A DNA stretch of 63,363 nucleotides, filler included, from Octopus bimaculoides (GCF_001194135.2; 7 parts of 6 records of this genome joined end to end with filler, not necessarily neighbours in it); one strand, 5' to 3'; counted from the whole stretch's first letter, positions 50,581-63,363 are shown. Translations and numbers: made by a program. The notes: a model not told the origin generated them from the sequence alone.

Positions 50581-53500
50581 GCAACAACAACAAAAAGAGT
50601 ACTATGGTCACAATTGCTGCCTCAACCACCACCACCACTACCACCACCATCACATCCAAAAACTCTGCGGCTAGAGAAGTTTCGCCTGCCACCACCACCA
50701 GTTACAACAACAACAACAACAACAACAACAACAGAAACAACAACGACGGAACCGGGGACGCAAGGTCATCGGCCGTCAACACCGACACCACCTCTACTTC
50801 AACAAACTCTGCTGCCACTACCACCACCTTTGAACCTGGCAGTACCAACACCACTGTCAACACCACCATCAACAACTACAACAACAAGATGAACAACACC
50901 ACAACCGCCACAAAAAAAAAACATGTCTGCCAGCACCACTAAAATAAATTTTGCCGAAGCAATAAAGGAAAAAAGAACAATAATAACATTCACCCAAAAA
51001 CAAATTGAAGACACGAAATCCCTTCTTACGAAAGAAGGTGATACCGTACATTCCCAAACAAATAATCGAAAACACAAACAAGAAATACATCACATACAGA
51101 CTCATCAACACGAAAACCAAGCGCACAGATAATTTCACCACTGAAAAGATCGAAAGGTATCTTAGACCTATATGGGCCCATCAAGAGCATGTTACTTGGG
51201 GGCGCAAGTTAGCCACCGCTCAAGTGCGCTTCCAGAGTGAAGACTTAGCGAAGCAATTTTCGAGACTCTCTCTCCACACAGATGACTTGGTGATGATACC
51301 GAGTTATCTTGGACAGAGAGTGACGAAGGTGACAATAAAGAATGTGCCTTCACAAGTGGAGACGCCATGGATAGTATCTGCCATATGCCTCGAAACGGAG
51401 GAGGCAAACAGTAGTTAAGAGGACGTTGACGGGTGCCATCGTCAACAATAAATGGTGGCATGCCCTAAGGAGAGCAATTAAAGTAGAATCGGTTAGGCTC
51501 TTGCGATAAATCGAAATAGAATAGAGAGACACCTAGTTAAGAAATAAGAAGAGGCACATAGAAGTGACATCGCGTCCAACGTGCTGGCGGCAAGGTTGGC
51601 CCTAGACAAACACTTGAACGCCAAACACGAAGGATGCGTTGTCAGAGCTAGGATGCGTTGTCAGAGCTAGGATGCGTGCTCTGAGAAACGAAGGAATTGG
51701 AGCCATCTGAGAGGCCCGAGTGGCGGAGTCGCAACGTGGCAACAAAGCCACCGTTAGGTCTCTGGCTGATGAACTGGGGCGCGAGTTACTCGAGTCCGAA
51801 AGGATGTATGAGGCCTTTTAACAGCACTTTTCCCGAGTGTTCGGGACAACTGGTGGGTCAGAAAGCAGGGTAGACTTTAATGCCTACCTGGATGGCCTGT
51901 CACGACTCGCGGCAAGAGAGGCAGAGTGTTGTGAAGGTGTAATCAAAGCCNNNNNNNNNNNNNNNNNNNNNNNNNNNNNNNNNNNNNNNNNNNNNNNNNN
52001 NNNNNNNNNNNNNNNNNNNNNNNNNNNNNNNNNNNNNNNNNNNNNNNNNNNNNNNNNNNNNNNNNNNNNNNNNNNNNNNNNNNNNNNNNNNNNNNNNNNN
52101 NNNNNNNNNNNNNNNNNNNNNNNNNNNNNNNNNNNNNNTAGTCTTCCCTACGAAATTTATTGTCATATGCCAGACTTGTTTGAGGGCATCTTGGTAGCAG
52201 ACTATTGCAACTGACAGTAAAACGGGAGTGACCCCAGTTGTGTGAGCCGAAGAGCGGTGGCATTGCTAAAAAATGATCCAAACAAGGGGAACGTCATAGA
52301 TAACTTTAGGCCCATCACTCTGCTCAACGTAGATTTGAAGATTTTGGCCAAGGTGCTAGCCGAGAGGTTGGTGCTTGTCATCGAGAAACTAGTCGACAAG
52401 GCGCAGACATGCGTCGTGCCGGCCAGAAGTATCAACCTCCATCTGATGCGCTACATCATAGACAGGGTAGTTAAGGAATGGTGTGGGGCATGGGTGGGGC
52501 GCTGATCAATTTGGATCAGTCGAAAGCTATCGATAGGGTCGACCATCGTTACTTCGAGGCTGTCCTTAGGGCGGCTGGTTTCGTTCCCGTCTTCCGCGGT
52601 TGGATCGCTGTCTTGTACAGCAGCATCCTCTTGGTAGTTCGCGTGAACGGTCATCTATCCAGACCCTTTAAAATCACGCGTTCGGTCCGTCAAAGATGCC
52701 CCCTCTCGTCGCTTCTACACGTATTGACTTAATATCCACTACTACGGAAGCTGACGACGCTGAGAGGTATCCTGCGAGAACTGGGATGCAGGAGTAGCGT
52801 GTCTGCATACGCGGATGATGTTACCATCATAGTGTTGAGCAACAGGCATATCGACCTGGTCAGCAAGACACTAAAAGAATACAAAGCGGTAATGGGAGCG
52901 AAAATTAACCCGGAAAAGTCAGTGGGACGAGTAGGGTGGCCATTCTCACCCAACAACCGGCTGAGAGGTATCTATCCCTAAAAGATCGGGCGAAGGTGGC
53001 CAACGCGTACATAGCATCCGTCATCTACTACCGCCTGACCGTTGTGCCTTGTTCCGATCCTACCATCATCAAACTGTAATGCATCCTCTTCCGATTCTTG
53101 TGGAAAGGAAGCGTTCCGATGGTCAGGCGATTCGTTTGCTGCCAACAACCGCTAAATGAAGGGCTGGGCATGCCGTGGTTAATGATGCGCAGACATGCGC
53201 TAAGACTGTGATATCTCTGGTGCTTCATACANNNNNNNNNNNNNNNNNNNNNNNNNNNNNNNNNNNNNNNNNNNNNNNNNNNNNNNNNNNNNNNNNNNNN
53301 NNNNNNNNNNNNNNNNNNNNNNNNNNNNNNNNNNNNNNNNNNNNNNNNNNNNNNNNNNNNNNNNNNNNNNNNNNNNNNNNNNNNNNNNNNNNNNNNNNNN
53401 NNNNNNNNNNNNNNNNNNNNNNNNNNNNNNNNNNNNNNNNNNNNNNNNNNNNNNNNNNNNNNNNNNNNNNNNNNNNNNNNNNNNNNNNNNNNNNNNNNNN

Positions 53501-54517
53501 NNNNNNNNNNNNNNNNNNNNNNNNNNNNNNNNNNNNNNNNNNNNNNNNNNNNNNNNNNNNNNNNNNNNNNNNNNNNNNNNNNNNNNNNNNNNNNNNNNNN
53601 NNNNNNNNNNNNNNNNNNNNNNNNNNNNNNNNNNNNNNNNNNNNNNNNNNNNNNNNNNNNNNNNNNNNNNNNNNNNNNNNNNNNNNNNNNNNNNNNNNNN
53701 NNNNNNNNNNNNNNNNNNNNNNNNNNNNNNNNNNNNNNNNNNNNNNNNNNNNNNNNNNNNNNNNNNNNNNNNNNNNNNNNNNNNNNNNNNNNNNNNNNNN
53801 NNNNNNNNNNNNNNNNNNNNNNNNNNNNNNNNNNNNNNNNNNNNNNNNNNNNNNNNNNNNNNNNNNNNNNNNNNNNNNNNNNNNNNNNNNNNNNNNNNNN
53901 NNNNNNNNNNNNNNNNNNNNNNNNGCGGTCAGAGTGACGAAACCGTTCTGCACGCACTCGTGCAATGTCTAAACATTTCAGACCTGTGGGCTTATATCGT
54001 AAATATTTCCCCGCCACCTTCCTTTAAGCAAGGCAGTTTTCATTGTACTGGTGGTCATTGTGAAAGAATGTGTGCGAAAGGTTAATAGACAAACACTTTC
54101 CTCTCTGGCCAATCGCTCATCAACATTTTCAAGTACCACTTGAAAAGGAAGGTGAGAATAGAGAGGGAAAAGTTTCAATAAAAGGTGGATGAATGTAGCA
54201 AAGATGGTACGAGTGAGCATGATCTTGTAAATCCGAAAGAGAGAGAGAGAGAGAGCGCTTTGCTCTCATGTGTTTTTTTTCCCTGCTTGAGTCAACTGTG
54301 GTCTTTTTCGTAGGCTTTTCCTTCTACGGATAAACCTAATCTGTATTACATTTTTACTCTCTCTTTTGGGAACTCTATTATAAACGGAACATTGTTATTT
54401 CGCTGTTTACACGTGCCAAACGCTTTCGATCCCTTTTGATCGTATTTTTTTTCTCTTTCGAAAAGTTCTACTTTGTTTTGTCTCCTCTGTATTCGACCCT
54501 GCGTGGCTAATAAAGAA

Positions 54518-54519
<2 letters not shown>
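50110..54519 (+). mobile_element. L1/Tx1-clade LINE copy 2: ORF1 part plus RT to 3' end, endonuclease region missing
   Basis: ORF1-like pieces at 50325-51418, joined directly to the post-endonuclease linker (NNKWWHAL, HEGCVVRAR). The RT has SAYADDVTII and the C-terminal finger reads GQSDETVLHALVQC. The 3' end AATAAAGAAAT runs into (CTAT)n. The 5' boundary is uncertain. Confidence 0.85.
50325..51418 (+). pseudogene. Frameshifted putative ORF1 of the Tx1 element (Thr/Asn-rich N-terminus plus RRM-like segment)
   Basis: MAKVFNEADFPPL, then a T/N-rich tract, then KINFAEAIKE and AQVRFQSEDLAKQF...IPSYLGQRVTKVTIKNVP. It lies directly upstream of ORF2 sequence. One frameshift is at the A-run near 50912-50921. 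Confidence 0.6.
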
Positions 54520-54580
<61 letters not shown>

Positions 54581-54739
54581 ACCATATGACATTATAACAG
54601 AAAAACCTATTATAAGATATCAAACCTTCTTATAGTTTATCGCATAGTCTTTCGTTGCTTTTCACAGTCTCTCCTGCAAATGGGATTTAATCATACAGAT
54701 ATGACCCTATCTTATACAAGGCATTTAAGTACGGCAGCT

Positions 54740-54827
54740 TCTCGTTTCTAACTCTCGTTTCTAACTCTCGTTTCTAACTCTCGTTTCTAACTCTCGTTTC
54801 TAACTCTCGTTTCTAACTCTCGTTTCT
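54740..54827. repeat. 13-bp tandem repeat, about 6.8 copies
   Basis: Unit TCTCGTTTCTAAC. Confidence 0.95.
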
Positions 54828-55382
54828 GCCACTCCATCCTCTGCCTAGCGAAATGATAAAAAAATAAGTTATTGTTTCTAATTGAGATGTCAACCCACAC
54901 ATTTTTGGTCGGAGTAACCGGTATGTTGGATACAACCCCCTATACTTGATTATTATATACTGTATCAAAATATTTCCTGTCGATCACAGCATCACCAAGG
55001 GGATTGATCTTGGAAGGTGAAAGACCGTAATCAGATGCCAAACAAGATCCTGATACCTAACTATTTATATAAAAATATTAAGGTCACATAATTCTTTTTT
55101 TATATAATTCATAATATAATATTTAAGTATATATGATTAGCAGTTAATTTACCAACGCTCTAAATAGTAGCTAGATGACAGCTGCATCATATCACATGTA
55201 CAATTAACTATTATTAAAATCTAAACAAATGCATTCCACCAATATTTAGAATGAAATTCTGAAAACATCACGATATTTCATAAATGAAGACAACCAAAGA
55301 TGTAATTTAAGTGTACAGAAAGTATTTATCATTAACATTAGCATTATGATTATTGCTATTTATTTAGAGACTAATTACATAT

Positions 55383-56352
55383 GCCATTGGCTCCATTCAG
55401 ATGTGTCAGTTCAATTGAGGAGCTCGATAACCAATGATTACCAGAATTTTGACATATCGTGAGAAGCATCATATATTTGAATATCTGTTAGTGTGCGTCT
55501 GTATTTCGTGTGTGTATGTATGTATGTATGTATGTATATATGTATGTATGTATGTATTATGTATGTATGTATGTATGTATGCATGCATGTGTGTGTGTGA
55601 TACATGTTTCTTTAAGGAAAGTTGAGGATTGACGTTGAACATTTGTTTCGGTAATTAAAGTGCAGCTGCTCTTAAAAAAGAGCTGCAAATAATAGTTGAA
55701 GCAACATATTTTATAATGACTGTCAGACTTTCTCCATTATGGCTGCGAAGCTCTAGTTTATATTTGGCATTCAATTAAGTCACTGGCCGATTATTTCTCA
55801 TGAGAGTAGATATATCATGAAAGTGTCCAACAATCTTACTGTATATGGGGATGACAATGACTATTTTCGAAGTGGTAGAAAGCGATAGGGTAGCACTGGC
55901 TGCTATATTTAGCAAATCAACTTATCTTGTTGAAGCTTCATTCGCTATCGTTTGATGCAAAACATGGAGCGAGGAGACGAAAGCAAAAAAGAAAAAAAAA
56001 AGAAAGAAAACTAAGATGTCCACCCTGATTACAGAAACCACAATTAATACCGCTGATATAGAATAAGAAACTGAAAGTATGTCAAAGTCTGCGATTGAGT
56101 AGCTGTCCACTATTAGTAACTCTTTCGGTTTAAGTAAACTATGATAAAAAAATTTCAACCCATGACCATAGCGGGGTTTTGTTTATCAGGAACAACACTG
56201 TGAGTGCGACCTGATATCTTTAAAACTGTAAAGTGTGAACTTAGTCTGATATAGTAAGGCTTAGTCTAATATATATTATATCAGGCGCTTCGATCGTAAC
56301 TCCAGTGTCAGGGGCTACATTGAACCATGTATCTGGGGAGGCTCCAAACTGT
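55383..56352 (-). pseudogene. Decayed cadherin-repeat-like coding remnant
   Basis: With one frameshift at a T-run, the strand reads WFNVAPDTGV..LSLTISD*VHT..VALTVLFLINKTPLW..IADFDILSVSYSIS..IANEASTR*..AASATLSLSTTSKIVIVI..SHNGESLTVII..MFNVNPQ. After a microsatellite it reads YMMLLTICQNSGNHWLSSSSI. Motif order and spacing resemble cadherin repeats. I count 5 stops in about 250 codons along this path. Confidence 0.45.
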
Positions 56353-56509
56353 AAATACCCCATAATAAATGTGTGTGTTTGTGAGAGACAGAGAGATAGA
56401 TAGATAGAGAGAGAAGGAGAGCGAGAGAAAGAGAGAGAGACAATGTGTGTGAGCACGCCAGTGTTATTAAGAATATTATGAAGAAACGAATTCAACTAGG
56501 TAAGTGAAA

Positions 56510-56572
<63 letters not shown>

Positions 56573-56573
56573 T

Positions 56574-56643
<70 letters not shown>

Positions 56644-58085
56644 GTATTAATAATAATAAAGAATATGGAAACTTGTACATTGGCAAAATTTATTTTATAG
56701 TTATCTGCAGGCATATTACAAAGACCTGCACGTGTTTCGACTACAGTGTTGAAGATGCTANNNNNNNNNNNNNNNNNNNNNNNNNNNNNNNNNNNNNNNN
56801 NNNNNNNNNNNNNNNNNNNNNNNNNNNNNNNNNNNNNNNNNNNNNNNNNNNNNNNNNNNNNNNNNNNNNNNNNNNNNNNNNNNNNNNNNNNNNNNNNNNN
56901 NNNNNNNNNNNNNNNNNNNNNNNNNNNNNNNNNNNNNNNNNNNNNNNNNNNNNNNNNNNNNNNNNNNNNNNNNNNNNNNNNNNNNNNNNNNNNNNNNNNN
57001 NNNNNNNNNNNNNNNNNNNNNNNNNNNNNNNNNNNNNNNNNNNNNNNNNNNNNNNNNNNNNNNNNNNNNNNNNNNNNNNNNNNNNNNNNNNNNNNNNNNN
57101 NNNNNNNNNNNNNNNNNNNNNNNNNNNNNNNNNNNNNNNNNNNNNNNNNNNNNNNNNNNNNNNNNNNNNNNNNNNNNNNNNNNNNNNNNNNNNNNNNNNN
57201 NNNNNNNNNNNNNNNNNNNNNNNNNNNNNNNNNNNNNNNNNNNNNNNNNNNNNNNNNNNNNNNNNNNNNNNNNNNNNCTCTCTCTCTCTTTCGTGTTTTC
57301 CCCTTCTATCTTATCACTGATTCAGCTATTTCCATTTTGTTTCTTTCTTAGCCCCCTTTTCTCCTCTTTCTTATATCTCTCTCTCTCTATATATATATAT
57401 ATTTCTGCATTGGAGTTATAGCCTCTCTTGACGTAAGCATAACACATGGATTAAGCAGGCAGAAACACAGGAATAAGAAGAACGATATCATAATTAGTCA
57501 AATTATTATTCAAATTTTTATTCTATCGTCCAGTGCACGAAGAACAGGCAAAATCAAAACACAGATGCACATATTCAGTCTTAATACATTGGGGAAGATA
57601 TATAAATCGCTTGTGTATTTCGACTTTAGAGAATTTATTCTTTCAGGCAATGTGTTCACAACACCATCCATTCATTTGGGTAAGGAGACTTTAAGACACC
57701 GTGGTGTTTCGACCTGGTTGTGTTTCTTCTGTCAAATGAAACTAAACAAGTATTATGACTCTTTTTAGAGAAATGAGCCAACAATTTAATTGCTGATATG
57801 CGCTGATGCTTACCAGACTAATAATAAATCGTGGAAAGCGAACAGCCAAAATCGAAGCAATGACGTACGTTTTCTTTCCGAATAAGTTCCAGCATATTTT
57901 TTCTGAATTTTCGCATTTCAAGAACTACATCTCGTCGGAATTTAAAAGGCGACTATCCCACACTTAGTAAACCATTAAAATCTCGCTTAGGTCTGCTTGA
58001 CACTGAATAATTGTAACATTGGTTGTCTCTGTTGTGTTTATTTTTCCTGTAAGTATGTATGCCTGTATACATACATAGACATATA

Positions 58086-58130
<45 letters not shown>

Positions 58131-58651
58131 NNNNNNNNNNNNNNNNNNNNNNNNNNNNNNNNNNNNNNNNNNNNNNNNNNNNNNNNNNNNNNNNNNNNNN
58201 NNNNNNNNNNNNNNNNNNNNNNNNNNNNNNNNNNNNNNNNNNNNNNNNNNNNNNNNNNNNNNNNNNNNNNNNNNNNNNNNNNNNNNNNNNNNNNNNNNNN
58301 NNNNNNNNNNNNNNNNNNNNNNNNNNNNNNNNNNNNNNNNNNNNNNNNNNNNNNNNNNNNNNNNNNNNNNNNNNNNNNNNNNNNNNNNNNNNNNNNNNNN
58401 NNNNNNNAAGGCCGAAAGCAAACAATGCAAAGAAAAAATACAGAGTCTGATTTAGGACGGTGAACATGGACGAACACACGAGTAAAATACGGCCTTAGAG
58501 CTAAGAAAACAAGAATAGTGGGTAACATTCAGAAGATATCCCAAAGGATAGAGAACGGAGAGAAAGATGTGACTGGTCAGCTACGGGGCCAGTGTGAGGA
58601 AGGGAGAAGGCTGGCCGCGGGTCACGTGACAACAGGAGGCAGATGAGAAAG

Positions 58652-58699
<48 letters not shown>

Positions 58700-59029
58700 C
58701 AGAGAGAAACAGAGGGAAGGGATGAAGTGACAAAAAAGAGAAAAGAGAGAAAGATACTGATGTCCCTAAAAATACGGACATCAGTATCTCTAAGGATGTT
58801 TCTCATGTTAGTAATAATTCTAAACGAACTGACAAGAATAGGAATAAGGATAGAGTAAGTAAGGATAAATATCCAAATGGGGATAATGGTGTACAAAATA
58901 CATACGAGAACCAATGTATTACTTCGTTCATCTAATTGTCCTTATATGAATAAGAATAATAGAATAAAAGAACAAACCCCTTATATATCTAATAAAGTTT
59001 GAAACTTTGAAAATTATAATGCATTTCCT

Positions 59030-59790
59030 TCTAAGAATGACATTATTTGGTTTATAATTCCATTCGCTAAGCAAATTAAGAATAATTTGGTCGGGGCCTT
59101 ATACAAACTTTTTCTAAACATTTTACAAAGGAAAGTAGATATTACGATATTGTTAACCCTAGGTTTCCTAAGTTGCCTTTTCTGTATCAAATAATTTGTC
59201 CTAGATTATATCTTCAATTAACGAAATAAAATTATCTAATTTTATAACAATTTTTACTGTAGTAAATGAAACATTAGTAAGAAATGTGTACTTGAGTTGT
59301 CTAGTGTACAAGGAGAAACAACACAAGTTAAATCCCTTGAACGTAGGTAACTTGGTAAATAGCAATCATACTGAATAGAATGATATAACACAGACTGATA
59401 ATATGAGTAGTAATGAAAATATATTTTGTGACTGCAAGGTTAGAAACAAATGTTTATTTAAGAATCATTGTAAGTAAAAAATTGTCGTTTACAGATATCA
59501 AGTGAAATCTGAAGCAAAGAGTTTCTTTCATATAGGGGCAACGCAAACTTTTATCAGGAAATGTATTTCTAATCACATTTACACCTTTAATAATAGTAAC
59601 AGGTCCTCTTGTACAAGCCTCAGTAAATTTATTTGGGACTTGAAAAACAAGAAAAAAGTCTTTTCTGTGGAGTGGGAGATTGTAAGCAAGGCTGCTGCTT
59701 ATAAAGTTGGAATTTTTTTTTTGCTTTATTTGCCTCGAAGAATTATACCAAATCATATATTCCCGGCGGTGCCTCTTAAATATGTGGATT
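59030..59790 (+). mobile_element. Decayed Penelope-like element (RT thumb to GIY-YIG)
   Basis: IIWFIIPFAKQIKNNLVG, then VVYRYQVKSEAKSFFHIGATQTF...NHIYTFNN...TSLSKFIWDLKN...VEWEIVSKAAAYKVG. Confidence 0.75.
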
Positions 59791-60625
59791 GAGATTGGTT
59801 TTTCATATGTTCACGCATGTAAATGGGCTTTCAAAAACTACCATTAGATATATTATTATCATAAATAAATTAATTGTATGTTAAAGCTATTAGAACTTTG
59901 AATAGGTCAGTATTTCCTGTTTAATACACTAACCTCTATAACTATAAGAATAAAGAATTCTTAGTAGATATCATAGAAATATCAAATATATTAAAATATT
60001 GATATTTCATCTTAAATATGAGGAAGAAGACTGATCTTTCATGCATTCATGCATGTTTATGGGTGTTCAAAAACACCTATAGTTACATTACTATTGTAGA
60101 GATTAGAATTTTTGAATCTGTCGATGCTTCACGGTTTATTACACTAGCATCTGTAGATATAAGTATTAAAGAATGCTTAGGAGATATAATATTGATATAA
60201 AAATATTAATTAAATGAGAAAGATGTACACTTGGTTTTCTGTACTAGTAGCAGTATCATATATGGTTTCTATAGATTTAATTAAGCACGTTTCTCATGAA
60301 TATGTCGTTGATATTTTATAATATAATTCATTAAACTAAGTTAAAGATAAAAGTATTGATTTTGTAATAGTTGTAGATTTAGTAATTTAGGTTTTTATAT
60401 AAAATTTTTATCAATTGGATTTGCGTTTACGTTTTCCTTTGTGTACATAGTTTGTATTGGCGATTACTATACTTTAATATGGTAATAACAAGCAGTTTTT
60501 AATACGTCATATTTTTCGTTGTCTCCGATATTTTAACAACCGCACGCATCATGAATGTTACCGCTCTCTCTCCCTGATTCTTTCTCTCTCTCTAACACCT
60601 TGTTCACCTTAACAGCCACTCGGGC

Positions 60626-60700
60626 TCATTGAATGGCTTTCATCCCTTTGTGTCTAAGTGCTCGTGCCTTAGCTCTGACAACGCAACCTTCTTTTTTCGG
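60626..60700 (-). mobile_element. Short Tx1-like ORF2 fragment
   Basis: EGCVVRAKARALRHKG is homologous to EGCVVRARMRALRNEG in the two plus-strand copies. Confidence 0.6.
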
Positions 60701-61029
60701 TATCCTTTGTAATACAGTCGTTTCCCATTGCAGGGAAGTCCTTCTTAGAATTAATGTTAATTTCACTTTTTCGTTACTTGACTGAAAACAACAACGCCCA
60801 GTACTGGGCAAACAAAAAATAATTTTTGAAAGAAGTATTCTAACAATTTTCTTTTAAACAGTATTTTCGGTCCCAGGGCGAAAACTATAGTTAACACACA
60901 GACAATAGTTTAAATAACAATACAGTAATCAGCAAATTATAATAACAGAAACAACCAGAATCGAACTCACATAATAATGGTGGCAATCAGAATGACGCGA
61001 AGAAAAAAAGGTGTGACCTTGCTAGCTGA

Positions 61030-61994
61030 ATTTTTTTTTATTACGATTGTAAAAATCATACATAGAGGGGGACATTACAAGGGATTACAAATACATAAAG
61101 ATGTTATGAGTTCGTATGGACTTTTTTAAAATTTGAATTTCAGTTTATATAGTTTAATTTTGACTTTTGTTTTTAAAACTTTTCTTTTTTTTTAAACAGA
61201 GGGAACACACCCGGCAGTCTGTAAGGCCCAGCGAATATCTTTTCTTCCTTCGTTGATGATTAAGCTGGGTTACTAACACCCACCTTTCTCATCACATCCT
61301 TCCATCGTTTCTCATACACGCTCCGCGACAGGGTTTTCCTCTCGAACCCCATCTTGCTCTTCATATGGTACCTGAAGTAAGTTAGCAACCCGGGGCCAGA
61401 GACGAAGGACCTTGTCACGATACCTTCCAATCTTGATCTCTATACGCACTCTTTCAATATTGCAACCGTACAGAGAAAACATGCTTCACCTTCCTTTGAG
61501 AGTCCAGCTGGCGGTACCATCTTTATTATAGATCCAGCCGATAGCCGTACTCCACCCACATGCGACAACTTATCAAGCTCACAAGCTCCCGACATTGTAC
61601 AAAAGCGTGCTGAACGGTTTCATTTTCCAGCCCACATCTTGGAGATGTCGGTGGCACTGACATTCCGTGCCTGGATAACTTTTCGAGAACAGGTAAAGCA
61701 TTCCTGTAACACTGCCAGGTCAGGGATTTTTGGTAATTATCCAAATATCCCGGTGACAGTCCTACGAAACAGATTGGCGAGTTGGTTCTCGTCGAACCCC
61801 AGAGCTCTTCCTAGGACGTCATCATTTCTGTACTCTACTAGCCCTCTATAGAACACCGAGGTGGTATTCCTGCTGCCAGCCTCACCCGTCTTGTGAATAA
61901 GCGTAAGTGCCTATCAGAAGTCCTTTTGCCATTCAGTCAGATTACGTCTTTTTATGAAACCGGGATTAAATCTCTCCATAGAGGCCGATCGCGG
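61030..61994 (-). mobile_element. 3' end of a related L1/Tx1-like LINE
   Basis: LTWQCYRNALPV...PRCGLENETVQHAFVQC (zf-RVT-like). The 3' UTR contains TGTCCCCCTCTATGT, AATAAA and a short poly(A). Cut by a gap. Confidence 0.8.
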
Positions 61995-62591
61995 NNNNNN
62001 NNNNNNNNNNNNNNNNNNNNNNNNNNNNNNNNNNNNNNTTAATTAATTAANNNNNNNNNNNNNNNNNNNNNNNNNNNNNNNNNNNNNNNNNNNNTATAAG
62101 AACATACAAGCAGTTTAGGGTTAAGCAAGAGATGATTGTTTTAGTGGAGTTCAAATTTATTAATTCCATGAAAAAAAATAGAAACGGTTGAGATTGGCAA
62201 GGGTTTCTTTTTTTTGGGGGGGGCGGTTCCAGCCGTCATCAATTCATGCAATTTCAATCACTATATACTCTAATTTGAATATGATGTATTTCTTTACTCC
62301 TGTACTGATACAACTGAATGAAACTTACTCCCAAATTGTATCAAACCAGATTAAATCTATCCACCATCCCTTTATCTGAAACCGCATCCTATGAATACAC
62401 ATTTTCGTCCTATCCTTCTCCATCAAACTCTTTGCGTTTCTACATCGCACCAGTTCTGTACCTATCTATCTTTCTCCCTATCAACACACGCACATGTGTG
62501 AGTGTGTATATATGTGTGTGTGAGTGTGTGTGCATATATATATATATGGTGGTTGTCTACTCCTTAAACAGAGTTTGACCACCTCCTGCAC

Positions 62592-62891
62592 CTACACCTT
62601 AGCCCTTTCATGGCATCTGATGTGGCTTTTTAAACCAGACAGTGTTTTGAAAAAACACCCACACAGATTGCACCTCTGATTTGCACTACCAATACCTGCA
62701 AGTAAGTTCTGCTCATTGTGGATCCTAACATGTCTTTTAAGACCCCCATTGGATTTGCAAACCCTCTGGCACACACCACATTCAAACGTGTGCATAGACA
62801 TATAATCAACATGACCACAACCATTGTGCTGAAGTGCATAAAAGAATAGATTACACAAACACATACTTGTAGATAATAGATTCCTATACAA
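62592..62891 (-). CDS. Open frame with two C2H2 zinc fingers (LINE 3' terminus or a terminal exon)
   Basis: FECGVCQRVCKSNGGLKRHVRIH and QRCNLCGCFFKTLSGLKSHIRCH, both uninterrupted. No TGEKP linker. The start is uncertain. Confidence 0.5.
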   Translation of the reverse strand: MYRNLLSTSMCLCNLFFYALQHNGCGHVDYMSMHTFECGVCQRVCKSNGGLKRHVRIHNEQNLLAGIGSANQRCNLCGCFFKTLSGLKSHIRCHERAKV

Positions 62892-63327
62892 ATACAGGCG
62901 CAGGCCAGCCTGAGGCTATTTTAGTAAACGCCCAAAATGTTTCGCAATATCATCGAACTCAGTATCAGAATCACTGAGTGGTTCCGTAGCAAATCTCTTA
63001 CCAAAACCACACCGCCATACCCTAGTCAGTGTCTATTGAAGAAATCTAATTATTCTGTATGAGAAACATTAAAGGAAGAATCCACTTGTTTTTACTCTTG
63101 GGAGTCGGCTTCTTTCTAAACAATTACACAAATTCAGTTTTGGAATTATTCTACCCAATATTTAGATATGAATCCAAGAATAAACGCAAGTCACACGTTC
63201 GCTCAGTGAATTATGACGTCAGCGTGGTCTACTTATTTTAAATATAAGATTAATCCTGCCGTATTGAACAGCTTGTGAGATTAATTATTGTGAATATACA
63301 TTTAACCTATATATATGTATATGCATG

Positions 63328-63363
<36 letters not shown>

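Noticed and set aside
56725-56760. Hammerhead 3' half on the minus strand
   Set aside because: Any core would lie in the adjacent gap, so it cannot be evaluated.

Overview
This is AT-rich, microsatellite-dense, gapped eukaryotic DNA from a draft assembly. The SINE repertoire and repeat style fit an octopus (cephalopod); this is inferred, not database-checked. I cannot support any intact host protein-coding gene. Most sequence that is not simple repeat is decayed mobile DNA: three tRNA-headed SINE types; L1/Tx1, RTE, R4/Dong-like, a second RLE-type and CRE-like LINE fragments; at least four Penelope-like element (PLE) remnants; a DD41D Tc1/mariner fragment; a hAT MITE; a long-TIR foldback element; and a possible piggyBac remnant. 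Four observations stand out. (1) A PLE end at 12184-13023 carries, after its GIY-YIG stop codon, a tRNA-like A/B-box cassette, an (AAT)n tract and a minimal hammerhead ribozyme. It is present as an inverted pair and recurs at 33194-33520 as an ORF-less, SINE-like tRNA-head plus hammerhead unit. (2) One SINE tail matches the 3' end of the local Tx1 LINEs. (3) Two Tx1 copies lie in tandem, bounded by (TCTA)n. (4) Decayed cadherin-repeat-like translations occur, best on the minus strand at 55383-56352. All family calls come from motif recognition by eye. Boundaries are approximate to about 10-30 bp unless a TSD or TIR is quoted.
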